From contig NW_025767614.1 of NCBI RefSeq assembly GCF_003918875.1, positions 248,001 to 312,000 of the forward strand: a stretch of 64,000 nt of DNA, read 5' to 3'. Below the pieces are notes generated by a model, which saw nothing but the letters and a program-made list of their open reading frames with translations, did not search any database and was not told the DNA's origin. This stretch comes from Haliotis rubra (lineage: Eukaryota). Both the position numbers and the translations under genes were made by a program. Numbering within the stretch: the first letter of the stretch is position 1; the number at the start of each line of letters is the position of its first letter. Positions 38,301 to 51,403 of this stretch are shown piece by piece.

Positions 38301-39358
38301 TCCGACAAGCATGGGTTACTGAAAATCTTCCGACAAGCATGGGTTACTGAAGATCTTCCGACAAGCATGGGTTACTGAAGATCTTCCGACAAGCATGGGT
38401 TACTGAAGATCTTCCGACAAGTATGGGTTACTGAAGATCTTCTGACAAGCATGGGTTACTGAAGATCTTCCGACAAGCATGGGTTACTGAAGATCTTTCG
38501 ACAAGCATGGGTTACTGAAGATCTTCCGACAAGCATGGGTTACTGAAGATCTTCTGACAAGCATGGGTTACTGAAGATCTTCCAGATGTTCACGGGAGAC
38601 ACTGTTGACTGCATCATGAACTTATACAGGAGCATTGTTCGCATGATATTGAAAAGTTACACGTCCAAGGGCTACATTACCAAATAGTAGGTAGGTCAGT
38701 TGTATATTTTGTCTTTGGTGAGCAAATATATATGTAACAATTTACACTTACTAATTCATGATGTCAATTAATTGTCCCTTCAGTTATGGCACGTTACTGA
38801 ACATGGTTGAACAGACCTTTCAATAATTGAATCTCATTCATAAAACAAATGGTACAACATTCACCTTTGGATTATCCTGCCTACAATGCCATTCGCCTAC
38901 TCACCTTTATAAAATATTGTCACTCACTCACAAGAAATAAACCAATTCACATTTGGACACAACGCCATTGCTTACGCAATGGAACCGGTAACGTACATTT
39001 TGTATTTTTGTTTACCCTGCGAACAATACCATAATGTGCATATATGCTCACCCGTTCTGACGCTGTAGTAGATTGTATCCGCCTCTTCTTCTCCGTCCTG
39101 CGGCGACATGAACAGCACATCATGGAGCTGACACCGTCGTTGTTGTCGTCTGTAGAATACAGACACACAAGCCTCGTTCTGGAGGCAAAGGGCAACGCAT
39201 AGGAAGCCGCTAAGGGCGTTTGGAAATTCAGTTAAAATATTGGTGTTAACTAAAACGCCCGACAACTTTATGGATTTAATTCCCCATCCAGTTCCAATAT
39301 AGGCCGATGATAAGCTACTCGTTAGAAGGATTATCAGAGTCACCAACATCTTTCTCAT
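35335..39358 (-). CDS. Secreted PAN/Apple + C-type lectin protein, copy C (most divergent). Exons 39358-39052, 36795-36616, 35555-35335
   Basis: Signal peptide MRKMLVTLIILLTSSLSSA, PAN Cys motif, same intron phases and 180-nt exon 2, ending KCYICERDV-stop. Confidence 0.87.
35935..36388. repeat. 27-29-bp minisatellite (ATTTACTCCATAGAAACACAGAATCTTTC) interrupted by a SINE tail
   Basis: Tandem units; family-B tail at about 36010-36068. Confidence 0.9.
37662..38583. repeat. 28-bp minisatellite CGACAAGCATGGGTTACTGAAGATCTTC, about 33 copies, expanded inside a family-B SINE
   Basis: Tandem repetition. The unit is the reverse complement of part of the family-B head, and SINE sequence flanks both sides. 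Confidence 0.95.
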
Positions 39359-40145
39359 ACAATGACTGAAGTCACTCTGAAGGTAGATTACACTCTTTGT
39401 TAGATATCTACTTTCTGAAGATTTTTTTTGCCAATTCAATGGATAAAAATGGTTCTAGTGTATGCCGGTACGTATGTTTTCAGCGTCATTTTGACTAACT
39501 ATATTGTTCTAAAGTCGGTTTATGTAAATAGGTCAATGAAAAGTTTAAAGGGCGATGTTTATCTAGATTTTTAAAAGTTTGCTTTCGTGCTGTAGAATGA
39601 ATATTTGCCTATACATATTCCACGGAGCCTAAAAGGCAAATTATTAATAAAACATATCTAAAAGGATCAGCGAAAAACTAACCCATAGTAAACATTTTGG
39701 GAAAAACAACCTGATTTATAATCTTGGTGGACTTTGGTGGACTACAGTGGAATACACCACGTCGGCCAGATTTCTGTTTGCGAAAATCCGACAGTTAAGC
39801 ATAATGTAAACATTTACCACTTTAGTGGAACTAAAGCATAATATGGAGATGTTAACCCACGATATCGCCGCTTACACAATATTGATTAAAAGCTTTGAGA
39901 CAAAGGGAGGTCAACAGGAAGATATGCTGTTCGGGATACGGCGCACTGATGTACTTAACTGCCCTTTCGCAACACGCAAACAAGACAATATTGAATGGAA
40001 GAAGGTCGTAACTGAAGACAAATGTAGGTTGTTGATGACCTACATAGAAAGATGACATTCATAGAAAGATGACCTACATAGAAAGATGACCTACCACTGA
40101 GTTTGCACACATCTTCTGTAAAAACTTTCGGACCACATTTTGTTT

Positions 40146-40525
40146 TGAGTACACAACGTCATTTAGAAAGTTGTCAAATGTAAGACAGGTTATATTTGAG
40201 ATTACACTTTCTCAGTAAAGTACCGATTCTGGCACCTTTGTTGGGTCCCATCCTGGAATCGAACTCTCATTCTCGGAGTCAGGCACCTAATCGCCACCAC
40301 ACAAAGTCAGCCATCTAACCCACTAAACCGCAAACATGGAAGTCGGACCACTGGTAGTCTATATCACAGAATTTGTGTACCCCTCTGACAAGTGTAAACT
40401 GGTACGGCTCCCAGAGCCGAAAGCTACGTGTACTAGAATCTGTACTTTACTGAAAAAGCGTAATCCCAGATGATTATGACCTGTGGTATATTTGACCACT
40501 TTCTAAATGACATTGTGTAATCCCA
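40146..40525. mobile_element. TIR element (MITE) carrying an internal tRNA-like cassette
   Basis: About 80-nt inverted ends (...GGTTATATTTGAGATTACACTTTCTCAGTAAAGTAC / GTACTTTACTGAAAAAGCGTAATCCCAG...). A related copy at about 55390-55826 has A box TAGCCGAGTGG and B box GGTTCGAATCC. Confidence 0.6.
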
Positions 40526-42911
40526 ATTATAAGATGTGTTACAAAACGTGTTTGCTCTCAGACTTAAACGTATGTGTCCAACTTTATTTCATATTTCAGC
40601 AACCTCCAACACTTTCCTATTCATGGAGGGGCGATGGGGTAGCCTGATGGTTAAAGCGTTTGCTCGGCACGCCAAAGACCCGGGTTCGATTCCCCACATG
40701 GGTACAATGTGTGAAGCTCATTTCTGGTGTCCCCCGCCGTGATATTACTGGAATATTGCTAAAAGCGGCGTAAAACCAAACTCACTCACTCACCTATTCA
40801 TGGATCAACAGTGTACCCATACATGTTGTTCAATTATCGGAATGTGTTGCAGATCGTGGGCTGTAGTAGTTAGACACAGTTTCAAATCCAGAACATCTTT
40901 AACACAGGAAGAATATAAACTGAATGTCCTATCGGCAGTACTTCAGCCATATAGTGACATAAACCCGAATATTCAAACTTGATGACGAAGGACAGTCAAA
41001 ACAACTAGAATATCACAGAGTTTGGTGTAAAACAAGCGTTTAATCTAACACTGCAGACAATACAATATATAACAGGCTATAGATCGCCAGTAACTGAAGG
41101 TAGATCACTATACTAGGGACCAAGGGGACTTGCGGTACTTTTGCTTCCTTCATGGACACTAGCTAGATTTACACTATCACTACAGCCGTTGGCGATTATG
41201 CTAATTATTTATAAAACATAGTTATCATTGTTTTTACAAGCAATTCAATTTCGTTTTAAAATAAATAACAACTGATAGTATCAAATGGATCCTTGACTGT
41301 TTCCACACTGAAATATTTATCCCTAGTAATGTCAAATTAAGCAGGTTCAACCAACAGCAAGGTGACAGTAAGTGAGTGAGTGATTGAGTGTAGTTTTAGC
41401 AATATTCCAGCAACATCATGTTGGGGACACCAGAAATGGGCTTCACACATTGTACGCATGTGGGGAATCGAACCCGTGTCTGCGGCGTGACGAGCGCACG
41501 CTTTAACCACTGGGCTACCCCACCGCCCCTAAGCATGACATTAATCAACACACTCAATCTCGGGCTGCAAAGGTTGTGAAAATGGCCATGACTATCTTTT
41601 GATGCGTTACATGAACCTCTGTATGTTTGAAAATATCAGGATATTTTTGGAAAATAATGTTCATTTTATTATCTAGTATTAATGTGCCAAATAATATTTT
41701 AAGTTGTCCCTTATTTAATGGCACATCAACTGTTTGAAATCACCCATCCTCTTTACAAGGCCTTATGCTGAAATCAATTCAGCAGGCTAAAGAGTGAGTT
41801 TGGATTTATCACGTCTCCACAACCCAGCAGCTGTGAACCCAAACACCTACCCTTCTTGGTGGCCCCGTGAAGACGCCATATTGCTGAGTGCGGCGTTACA
41901 CAACCAACCAACCAACCCTTCATGGCTGACGAGGGCGGTGGGGTAGCCTAGTGGTTAAAGCGTTGGCTCGTCACGCCGAAAACCCGGGTTCGAATCCCCA
42001 CATGGGTACAATGTGTGAAGCCCATTTCTGGTGTCCCCGGCCGTGATGTTGCTGGAATATTGCTAAAAGCGGCGTAAAACCAAAACTCAGTCAGTCAGTC
42101 AGTCATGGCTGACGTGGAAACTAACCATGAATGATAAGAAAAATAAGGTATGAACTTTACTTTTATTTGTTAAACACAGTACAAATGCTGTTCTTGAGTT
42201 CTTGATGTCAAGTATATGTTTTAATGATATCATATATCGGCAAAGGTGACAAACACACATAGACCATTGTGTAATTATTTTATGAACGCATTTCACAATG
42301 TGAAAGTTTAAGAACACTTAACAATACGATCACATGTAGTTATTTTAAGGTAGCTTCTCTCCAATTCTCAATAAGATAGGTATGCCTATTGTTATTTGTT
42401 TTAGATGACTAAAGCAGGAACAAGGGGACACACATGCTCCAGCTCTTCCTGGTCTACTGACATCCCAGAACCTTTGGACAAAGGACAATGCTGACCGGAT
42501 TGATAATATGACATGTAAACAAAATGGCGTCTGCCTCTCGACTGAATTTTTAAAATCAGTGAAACATATTCTGACAAGCTTAAAACCGCTATAAAATGGG
42601 TTAATTGTGTTTAAGTTGAGTGTGGAAACCACCCAATGTATAAAATAGCTTTAAAAAAGCAGTGAAAGTCGGAAAAAAAAATCTGTACAAGTGAACACAA
42701 AAACAGCTGATCGAACTCCGGGCACGGCATGCGTCATATTATGACGTCATGCGATTGTTAGCGACCCAGCTTCTCGGCGGAGAGCTTGGCGGTTACCGTG
42801 GCAGCGCGTAATATTTTTTCCAGTTGTCGCCCTCCTGGGAGGGGTGACACGAAAACTTGTTAAAGCGTCATTGACCAATGAAATTAAAGTATTTTACATG
42901 AAGGTTAGATA

Positions 42912-45725
42912 ATGGTTACTCTCCTTCTGAGGCTACTGTGGTTAAGCTTCCTTCTACAGCATGTTCAAGGTCTTAGTGGACCTAAGATGTTGTGTGATAT
43001 CTTGACATCCTCGCATAATGACCTCTTCAAACTTGGACTGACAACACAAGTAGTTGTAACCAACAGCGGTTTTAAATTCATGAAGCTCATTGATACCTAC
43101 TTGGGTGTCCCACTTCTCTTGTATTCGATCTTTATATTTAATTAATAATGGGTTTTAGTCTGTGTGGGGGATGGGAAGTGGTGTCAAAGGTGTGTTGAGT
43201 GCTACAGCATCGGCCACCGTGTTACCAGAAATTCCAACATGGCTGGGTAACCAACTAAAAATGATGTATTGGAATTAAACAATATAATCTCAATTGGATG
43301 TTTAGATGACATGTTTTAATTGCCTGGATACACGAGGGAGAATATGAAAATATGATTACCTGTGTATATTTAGACTTGTTATGTCTATATTTTAGAGATG
43401 TTAATATGGCAGTAGCTTGTACCGTCAGAATGGAGCTGTCAATTGGTAATTTTGAAAATGTTGTTTTGGTACCAATGACAGTGGCACTTTCAGCTGTGCC
43501 AGCATCCTTAGATCCATCGGTGAAGGTGAGGTGAGGTGAGGTGAAATTGGGTTTTACGTCGTGCTTGAGAATATTTCGCTCATATGACGACGTGCATGCG
43601 TGTGTATGTGCGGCTGCTTGTACTAGCCCAGACTTAAGCTGGTTTTATAGTGCTAGCCCACTGAGATACCAAACCACAGTGAAGCATGAATACCCCACTC
43701 AGACACATTATACTGACTCCGAGCAGACCAGTCCTTGTTGTAGCCATTAATGCCGAGCGCCAGGCAGGGACCAACAAGTACCATATTTTAACGTCTTTTG
43801 GTATGACGCGGTCGGGGATCGAACCCGCGACCTTCCGCTCCTCGGGCGGACGCTCTAACCATCTGTGAAGATATATTTGAAAGTGTCATAAATGTTTATT
43901 AATCCATTATATTGCTGCTGGTAAATATGTTGGATATGTTTGTATCGGACTTATTCAGTTAAGCTAATGTTAGGTCCACCTTGGGTCGTACTAACTGCCA
44001 TGGTGGAGAGAGAAAAGCATAGTTTGTGCTATATTTTCGAGATCTAATTTAGCCGCAGAAACAGCAGATTGTACCCTCATTCCAAGTGAAATATATTGCT
44101 GAGTGCGGCGTTAAACAACAATCAAACAAAACTGTATAATGTAATGTGTAACTTGCGTATTTTATTTTGAACTCAGTTAATATATTTTAACTGTATCTAA
44201 AGAAATATCGGACGTGATTACTAGATAACAGGATTCCTGTAACACATGAAATAATATAATATATGAAGCATGGTAATGTAGATTATGCCCTGGAACTCTC
44301 CAAGACATTGAAAAGCTTGATTTGCCCCCAAACCACAAAACATAATATTAAAAGAATAGTCACCAAATTATACAAGTCAAGATAGCATAGTGCATGGTAT
44401 TCCTCCCCGTCTAGAGCCTCAACTATCCAGCAGTGGGTCAAGATGATACAGTGTTGTCGGTATCCATTGCACGGTATTCATGCAGATAGAACCGACAGAG
44501 CACCTTAGTAAGGTACTGTGCAGAAACATATTGATCAACCGTTGATGTGAGTCAATGCTTTGTAATGGTCTTTAGGCCTAACATCAGTCTATTTCCTGCT
44601 GTTGGTGCAAGCGAACTGTGTATGCAACATTGAGCCGCCGTACATATGTGTTGGTTGCCGCGACAGACAACTACCGTGTGCTTACACCGAATGCGTTACA
44701 GGATGATTTATGTGGGAGATGTATTTGCTGTGGAGGGGCAGTAGGGTAGCCTGGTGGTTAAAGCGTTCGCTCGTAACGCCGAAGTGAGTGAGTTTAATTT
44801 TACGCCGCACTCAGCAATATTCCAGCTGTATGGCGGCGGTCTGTAAATAATCGAGTCTGGTCCAGACAATTCAGTGATCAACAATATGGGCATCAATCTA
44901 CGCAATTGGGATGCGATGACATGTGTCAACCAAGTCAGTGAGTCAGACCACCCGATCCCGTTAGTTGCCTCTTATGGCATGGGTTACTGAAGATCAGTGA
45001 TCACAGGTAGGTACAATGTGTGAAACCTATTTCTGGTGTCCACCCTGTGATATTGCTGGAATGTATGTAAAAGCGGCGTAATAATTAACTACCTCACTCA
45101 CCCTTGTCATGTACAGGTTTAACATATTATACGTCAACGCCAGAGAATGATCAGTCTCATCTCATCCTTATTCTTGGGACCGTTCATAATTAATGGCTAG
45201 GAGGGGTTATGTTGATTATTAAGGGGTAGGTGTTCGTTGGGTGTGTGCGGGGCGGGGGTGGGGGGGGTCATCAATATTTTACACATGTACTGGGGTCAGC
45301 AATTAAGACCATTCAAATATTAAAAAAGTATGGGAAGGGGGGTAATTGATTTTATACATGACTTGCAGGTAGAGTGGGTGTCACTTTGCACATATATTTT
45401 AGGGGGTCAGTATTCACATTGTACATGCTTCTCCATAAGAACCATCACACTGCCCACCCCCCACCCCCCAGCCTTACGTTATGAACGATCCCTTAAAGTA
45501 ATAAACTGAGGTACCATTTAATTCTTGACAAGGAAATGATTGCATGTAATAAATTATCAGAACGGCAGTTCTTGTCATGGAAGTTACGATGGAGTTGGAC
45601 ATATTTGTAACTTGTATCCTGGCAGCACCCAAAGGGTGTTCACAAGGGTTTCCAATGTCTCGCGTGCACGTTCTGCGGGGTATCGTTGCACCAGAGTCCA
45701 TAAAAGACTTCGCTTCGATAACTGA
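42912..45725 (+). pseudogene. Possible decayed secreted EGF-repeat gene fragments
   Basis: Signal-peptide-like MVTLLLRLLWLSFLLQHVQG followed by GT. Cys-rich pieces follow AG acceptors (CVGDGKWCQRCVEC about 43160; RQNGA..CFGTN.SGT.SCA about 43420; QNGSSCHGSYDGVGHICNLYPG about 45555), with stops. Confidence 0.3.
43525..43861 (-). mobile_element. V-domain SINE family C, 5'-truncated
   Basis: Near-identical to 28141-28497. Confidence 0.85.
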
Positions 45726-45765
45726 AAACACCCATTATAAACTGTTCTATGTTTGACATTAAACG

Positions 45766-48700
45766 CTCAAAACATGCATCAAAACATATACAGAACATGC
45801 ATCAAAACGTACACAGAACATGCATCAAAACATGCACAGAACATGCATCAAAACATGCACAGAACATGCATCAAAACATGCACAGAACATGCATCAAAAC
45901 ACACACAGAACATGCATCAAAACATGCACAGAACATGCATCAAAACATGCACAGAACATGCATCAAAACATGCACAGAACATGCATCAAAACATGCACAG
46001 AACATGCATCAAAACATACACAGAACATGCATCAAAACATGCACAGAACATGCATCAAAACATACACAGAACATGCATCAAAAACATGCACAGAACATGC
46101 ATCAAAACATACACAGAACATGCATCAAAACATACACAGAACATGCATCAAAACATGCACAGAACATGCATCAAAACACACACAGAACATGCATCAAAAC
46201 ATGCACAGAACATGCATCAAAACATGCACAGAACATGCATCAAAACATGCACAGAACATGCATCAAAACATGCACAGAACATGCATCAAAACATGCACAG
46301 AACATGCATCAAAACATGCACAGAACATGCATCAAAACATGCACAGAACATGCATCAAAACATGCACAGAACATGCATCAAAACATGCACAGAACATGCA
46401 TCAAAACACACACAGAACATGCATCAAAACATCCACAGAACATGCATCAAAACATGCACAGAACATGCATCAAAACATGCACAGAACATGCATCAAAACA
46501 TGCACAGAACATGCATCAAAACACACACAGAACATGCATCAAAACATCCACAGAACATGCATCAAAACATCCACAGAACATGCATCAAAACATGCACAGA
46601 ACATTCATCAAAACACACACAGAACATGCATCAAAAACACAGAACATGCATCAAAACATGCACAGAACATGCATCAAACATGCACAGAACATGCATCAAA
46701 ACACACACAGAACATGCATCAAAACATGCACAGAACATGCATCAAAACATGCACAGAACATGCATCAAAACATGCACAGAACATGCATCAAAACACACAC
46801 AGAACATGCATCAAAACATCCACAGAACATGCATCAAAACATGCACAGAACATGCATCAAAACATGCACAGAACATGAACATCAAAACATGCACAGAACA
46901 TGCATCAAAACACACACAGAACATGCATCAAAACATCCACAGAACATGCATCAAAACATGCACAGAACATGCATCAAAACATGCACAGAACATTCATCAA
47001 AACACACACAGAACATGCATCAAAACATGCACAGAACATGCATCAAAACATCCACAGAACATGCATCAAAACATGCACAGAACATGCATCAAAACATGCA
47101 CAGAACATGCATCAAAACATGCACAGAACATGCATCAAAACATGCACAGAACATGCATCAAAACATGCACAGAACATGCATCAAACATGCACAGAACATG
47201 CATCAAAACACACACAGAACATGCATCAAACATACACAGAACATGCATCAAAACATGCACAGAACATGCATCAAAACATACACAGAACATGCATCAAAAC
47301 ATGCACAGAACATGCATCAAAACATACACAGAACATGCATCAAAACATGCACAGAACATGCATCAAAACATGCACAGAACATGCATCAAAACATGCACAG
47401 AACATGCATCAAAACATGCACAGAACATGCATCAAAACATGCACAGAACATGCATCAAAACATGCACAGAACATGCATCAAAACATGCACAGAACATGCA
47501 TCAAAACATACACAGAACATGCATCAAAACATACACAGAACATGCATCAAAACGCAGAACACAGAACATGCATCAAAACATGCACAGAACATGCATCAAA
47601 ACATGCACAGAACATGCATCAAAACATACACACAGAACATGCATGTGAAACATACACAGAACATGCATCAAAACATGCACAGAACATGCATCAAAACATA
47701 CACAGAACATGCATCAAAACATGCACAGAACATGCATCAAAACATGCACAGAACATGCATCAAAACATGCATAGAACATGCATCAAAACATACATAGAAC
47801 ATGCATCAAAACATCCACAGAACATGCATCAAAACATGCACAGAACATGCATCAAAACATGCACAGAAAATGCATCAAAACATGCACAGAACATGCATCA
47901 AAACATGCACAGAACATGCATCAAAACATGCACAGAACATGCATCAAAACATACACAGAACATGCATCAAAACATGCACAGAACATGCATCAAAACATCC
48001 ACAGAACATTCATCTAAACATACACAATACATGCATCAAAACATACACAGAACATGCATCAAAACATACACAATACATGCATCAAAACATCCACAGAACA
48101 TGCATCAAAACATCCACAGAACATGCATCAAAACATGCACAGAACATGCATCAAACCATGCACAGAACATGCATCAAAACATACACAGAACATGCATCAA
48201 AACATGCACAGAACATGCATCAAAACATGCACAGAACATGCATCAAAACATACACAGAACATGCATCAAAACATGCACAGAACATGCATCAAAACATACA
48301 CAGAACATGCATCAAAACATACACAGAACATGCATCAAAACATCCACAGAACATGCATCAAAACATGCACAGAACATGCATCAAAACATGCACAGAACAT
48401 GCATCAAAACATGCACAGAACATGCATCAAAACATACACAGAATATGCATCAAAACATGCACAGAACATGCATCAAAACATGCACAGAACATGCATCAAA
48501 ACATGCACAGAACATGCATCAAAACACACACAGAACATGCATCAAAACATGCACACAGAACATGCATCAAAACATGCACAGAACATGCATCAAAACATGC
48601 ACAGAACATGCATCAAAACATGCACAGAACATGCATCAAAACACACACAGAACATGCATCAAAACATGCACAGAACATGCATCAAAATGCACAGAACATG

Positions 48701-50535
48701 CACAGAACATGCATCAAAACATGCACAGAACATGCATCAAAACACACACAGAACATGCATCAAAACATGCACAGAACATGCATCAAAACATGCACAGAAC
48801 ATGCATCAAAACATGCACAGAACATGCATCAAAACATGCACAGAACATGCATCAAAACATGCACAGAACATGCATCAAAACATGCACAGAACATGCATCA
48901 AAACATGCACAGAACATGCATCAAAACATGCACAGAACATGCATCAAAACATGCACAGAACATGCATCAAAACATACACAGAACATGCATCAAAACATCC
49001 ACAGAACATGCATCAAAACATACACAGAACATGCATCAAAACATGCACAGAACATGCATCAAAACATGCACAGAACATGCATCAAAACATGCACAGAACA
49101 TGCATCAAAACATGCACAGAACATGCATCAAAACATACACAGAACATGCATCAAAACATGCACAGAACATGCATCAAAACATGCACAGAACATGCATCAA
49201 AACATGCACAGAACATGCATCAAAACATGCACAGAACATGCATCAAAACATACACAATACATGCATCAAAACATACACAGAACATGCATCAAAACATACA
49301 TAGAACATGCATCAAAACATCCACAGAACATGCATCAAAACATGCACAGAACATGCATCAAAACATGCACAGAACATGCATCAAAACATACACAGAACAT
49401 GCATCAAAACATGCACAGAACATGCATCAAAACATGCACAGAACATGCATCAAAACATACACAGAACATGCATCAAAACATGCACAGAATATGCATCAAA
49501 ACATGCACAGAACATGCATCAAAACATGCATAGAACATGCATCAAAACATACATAGAACATGCATCAAAACATCCACAGAACATGCATCAAAACATGCAC
49601 AGAACATGCATCAAAACATGCACAGAACATGCATCAGAACATACACTGAACCTGCATCAAAACATGCACAGAACATGCATCAAAACATGCACAGAACATG
49701 CATCAAAACATACACAGAACATGCATCAAAACATGCACAGAACATGCATCAAAACATGCACAGAACATGCATCAAAACATACACAGAACATGCATCAAAA
49801 CATACACAGAACATGCATCAAAACATACACAATACATGCATCAAAACATCCACAGAACATGCATCAAAACATCCACAGAACATGCATCAAAACATGCACA
49901 GAACATGCATCAAACCATGCACAGAACATGCATCAAAACATACACAGAACATGCATCAAAACATGCACAGAACATGCATCAAAACATGCACAGAACATGC
50001 ATCAAAACATACACAGAACATGCATCAAAACATGCACAGAACATGCATCAAAACATACACAGAACATGCATCAAAACATACATAGAACATGCATCAAAAC
50101 ATCCACAGAACATGCATCAAAACATGCACAGAACATGCATCAAAACATCCACAGAACATGCATCAAAACATGCACAGAACATGCATCAAAACGTGCACAG
50201 AACATGCATCAAAACATGCACAGAACATGCATCAAAACATACACAGAACATGCATCAAAACATGCACAGAACATTCATCTAAACACACACAGAACATGCA
50301 TCAAAACATCCACAGAACATGCATCAAAACATACACAATACATGCATCAAAACATACACAGAACATGCATCAAAACATACATAGAACATGCATCAAAACA
50401 TGCACAGAACATGCATCAAAACATACACAGAACATGCATCAAAACATGCACAGAACATGCATCAAAACATGCACAGAACATGCATCAAAACATGCACAGA
50501 ACATGCATCAAAACATGCACAGAACATGCATCAAC
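45766..50535. repeat. 23-bp satellite CATGCACAGAACATGCATCAAAA, about 207 copies
   Basis: Tandem repetition. The 23-aa periodicity in all three plus frames equals 3 units. Confidence 0.98.
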
Positions 50536-51403
50536 TTGGTGGCCATTTAACCTTTTTTGCCCAATGACAATTCCGGCTATGCATTTCATATGTGCTTGTA
50601 CGGGTTTTATATATTTATATCAGTATCATTCGGGCATTCTGTTTAGGGATATACATATATATAGTTTGTTTTAATGTCTGTCTGTCTGTCTGTCATATAT
50701 ACGTCACTGTTTACTGTTTATGTTTTCTATCATTGTAGGATTTGTTCTAGTCACAATATGGCTGAGGTCCGGGTTACAATTCGTCAAAGGTAGACGTAAA
50801 TGCCAAGGTCAAGGACTAAACTGGGTCAGATAACACGTGTCAAGAGGTTTCAGGCTGGGACCACCGTTGGCAAATCAGTGACTATCAATTATCTCGTTAC
50901 AACTGATATATCGACAGTTCTGTATTGCACAACAATATTGCACCTGTAGTTGAAATACGATGACCTACTCTTATATACACACACCATTGCCATGTATTCA
51001 TTCTTGTTTGCTGTAGGTGTGTTCTGGTGGACACCCGTGAAGATCCGGGTTAGAATTGATCATCAGCACCCCATGCTTGTCGTAAGAAGCGACTAACCGG
51101 AACGGGTGGTCAGGCTCACTGACTTGGTTGACATTAATCGATGCTCATGATGTTGATCACTGGATTGTCTGGTTCAGACTCGCTTATTTACAGACCGCCG
51201 CCATATAGCTGGAATATCGCTGAGTGCGGCGTTATACAACAATCAATCAATGAATCAATCAGTCTGGTGAACACCGACCAGTAGCCCCTGTGTTGGTCGG
51301 GGTCGGGGATTAGTTGATAATATTGTTGATGCGGCTTAAATCAACATTCACCCACTTACATGACAAATCTGGTTATATTATTTCGCCTGGCCACAGGTGG
51401 ACC

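Noticed and set aside
37662-38583. CRISPR-like 28-bp repeats (also the 29-bp arrays at about 35935 and 56634)
   Set aside because: Head-to-tail units with no unique spacers, no cas genes, and a eukaryotic intron context.
45749-50674. Giant ORFs of up to 877 aa, rich in His, Cys and Met
   Set aside because: They are translations of a stop-free 23-bp satellite. All three frames give the same peptide, and indels shift frame freely.
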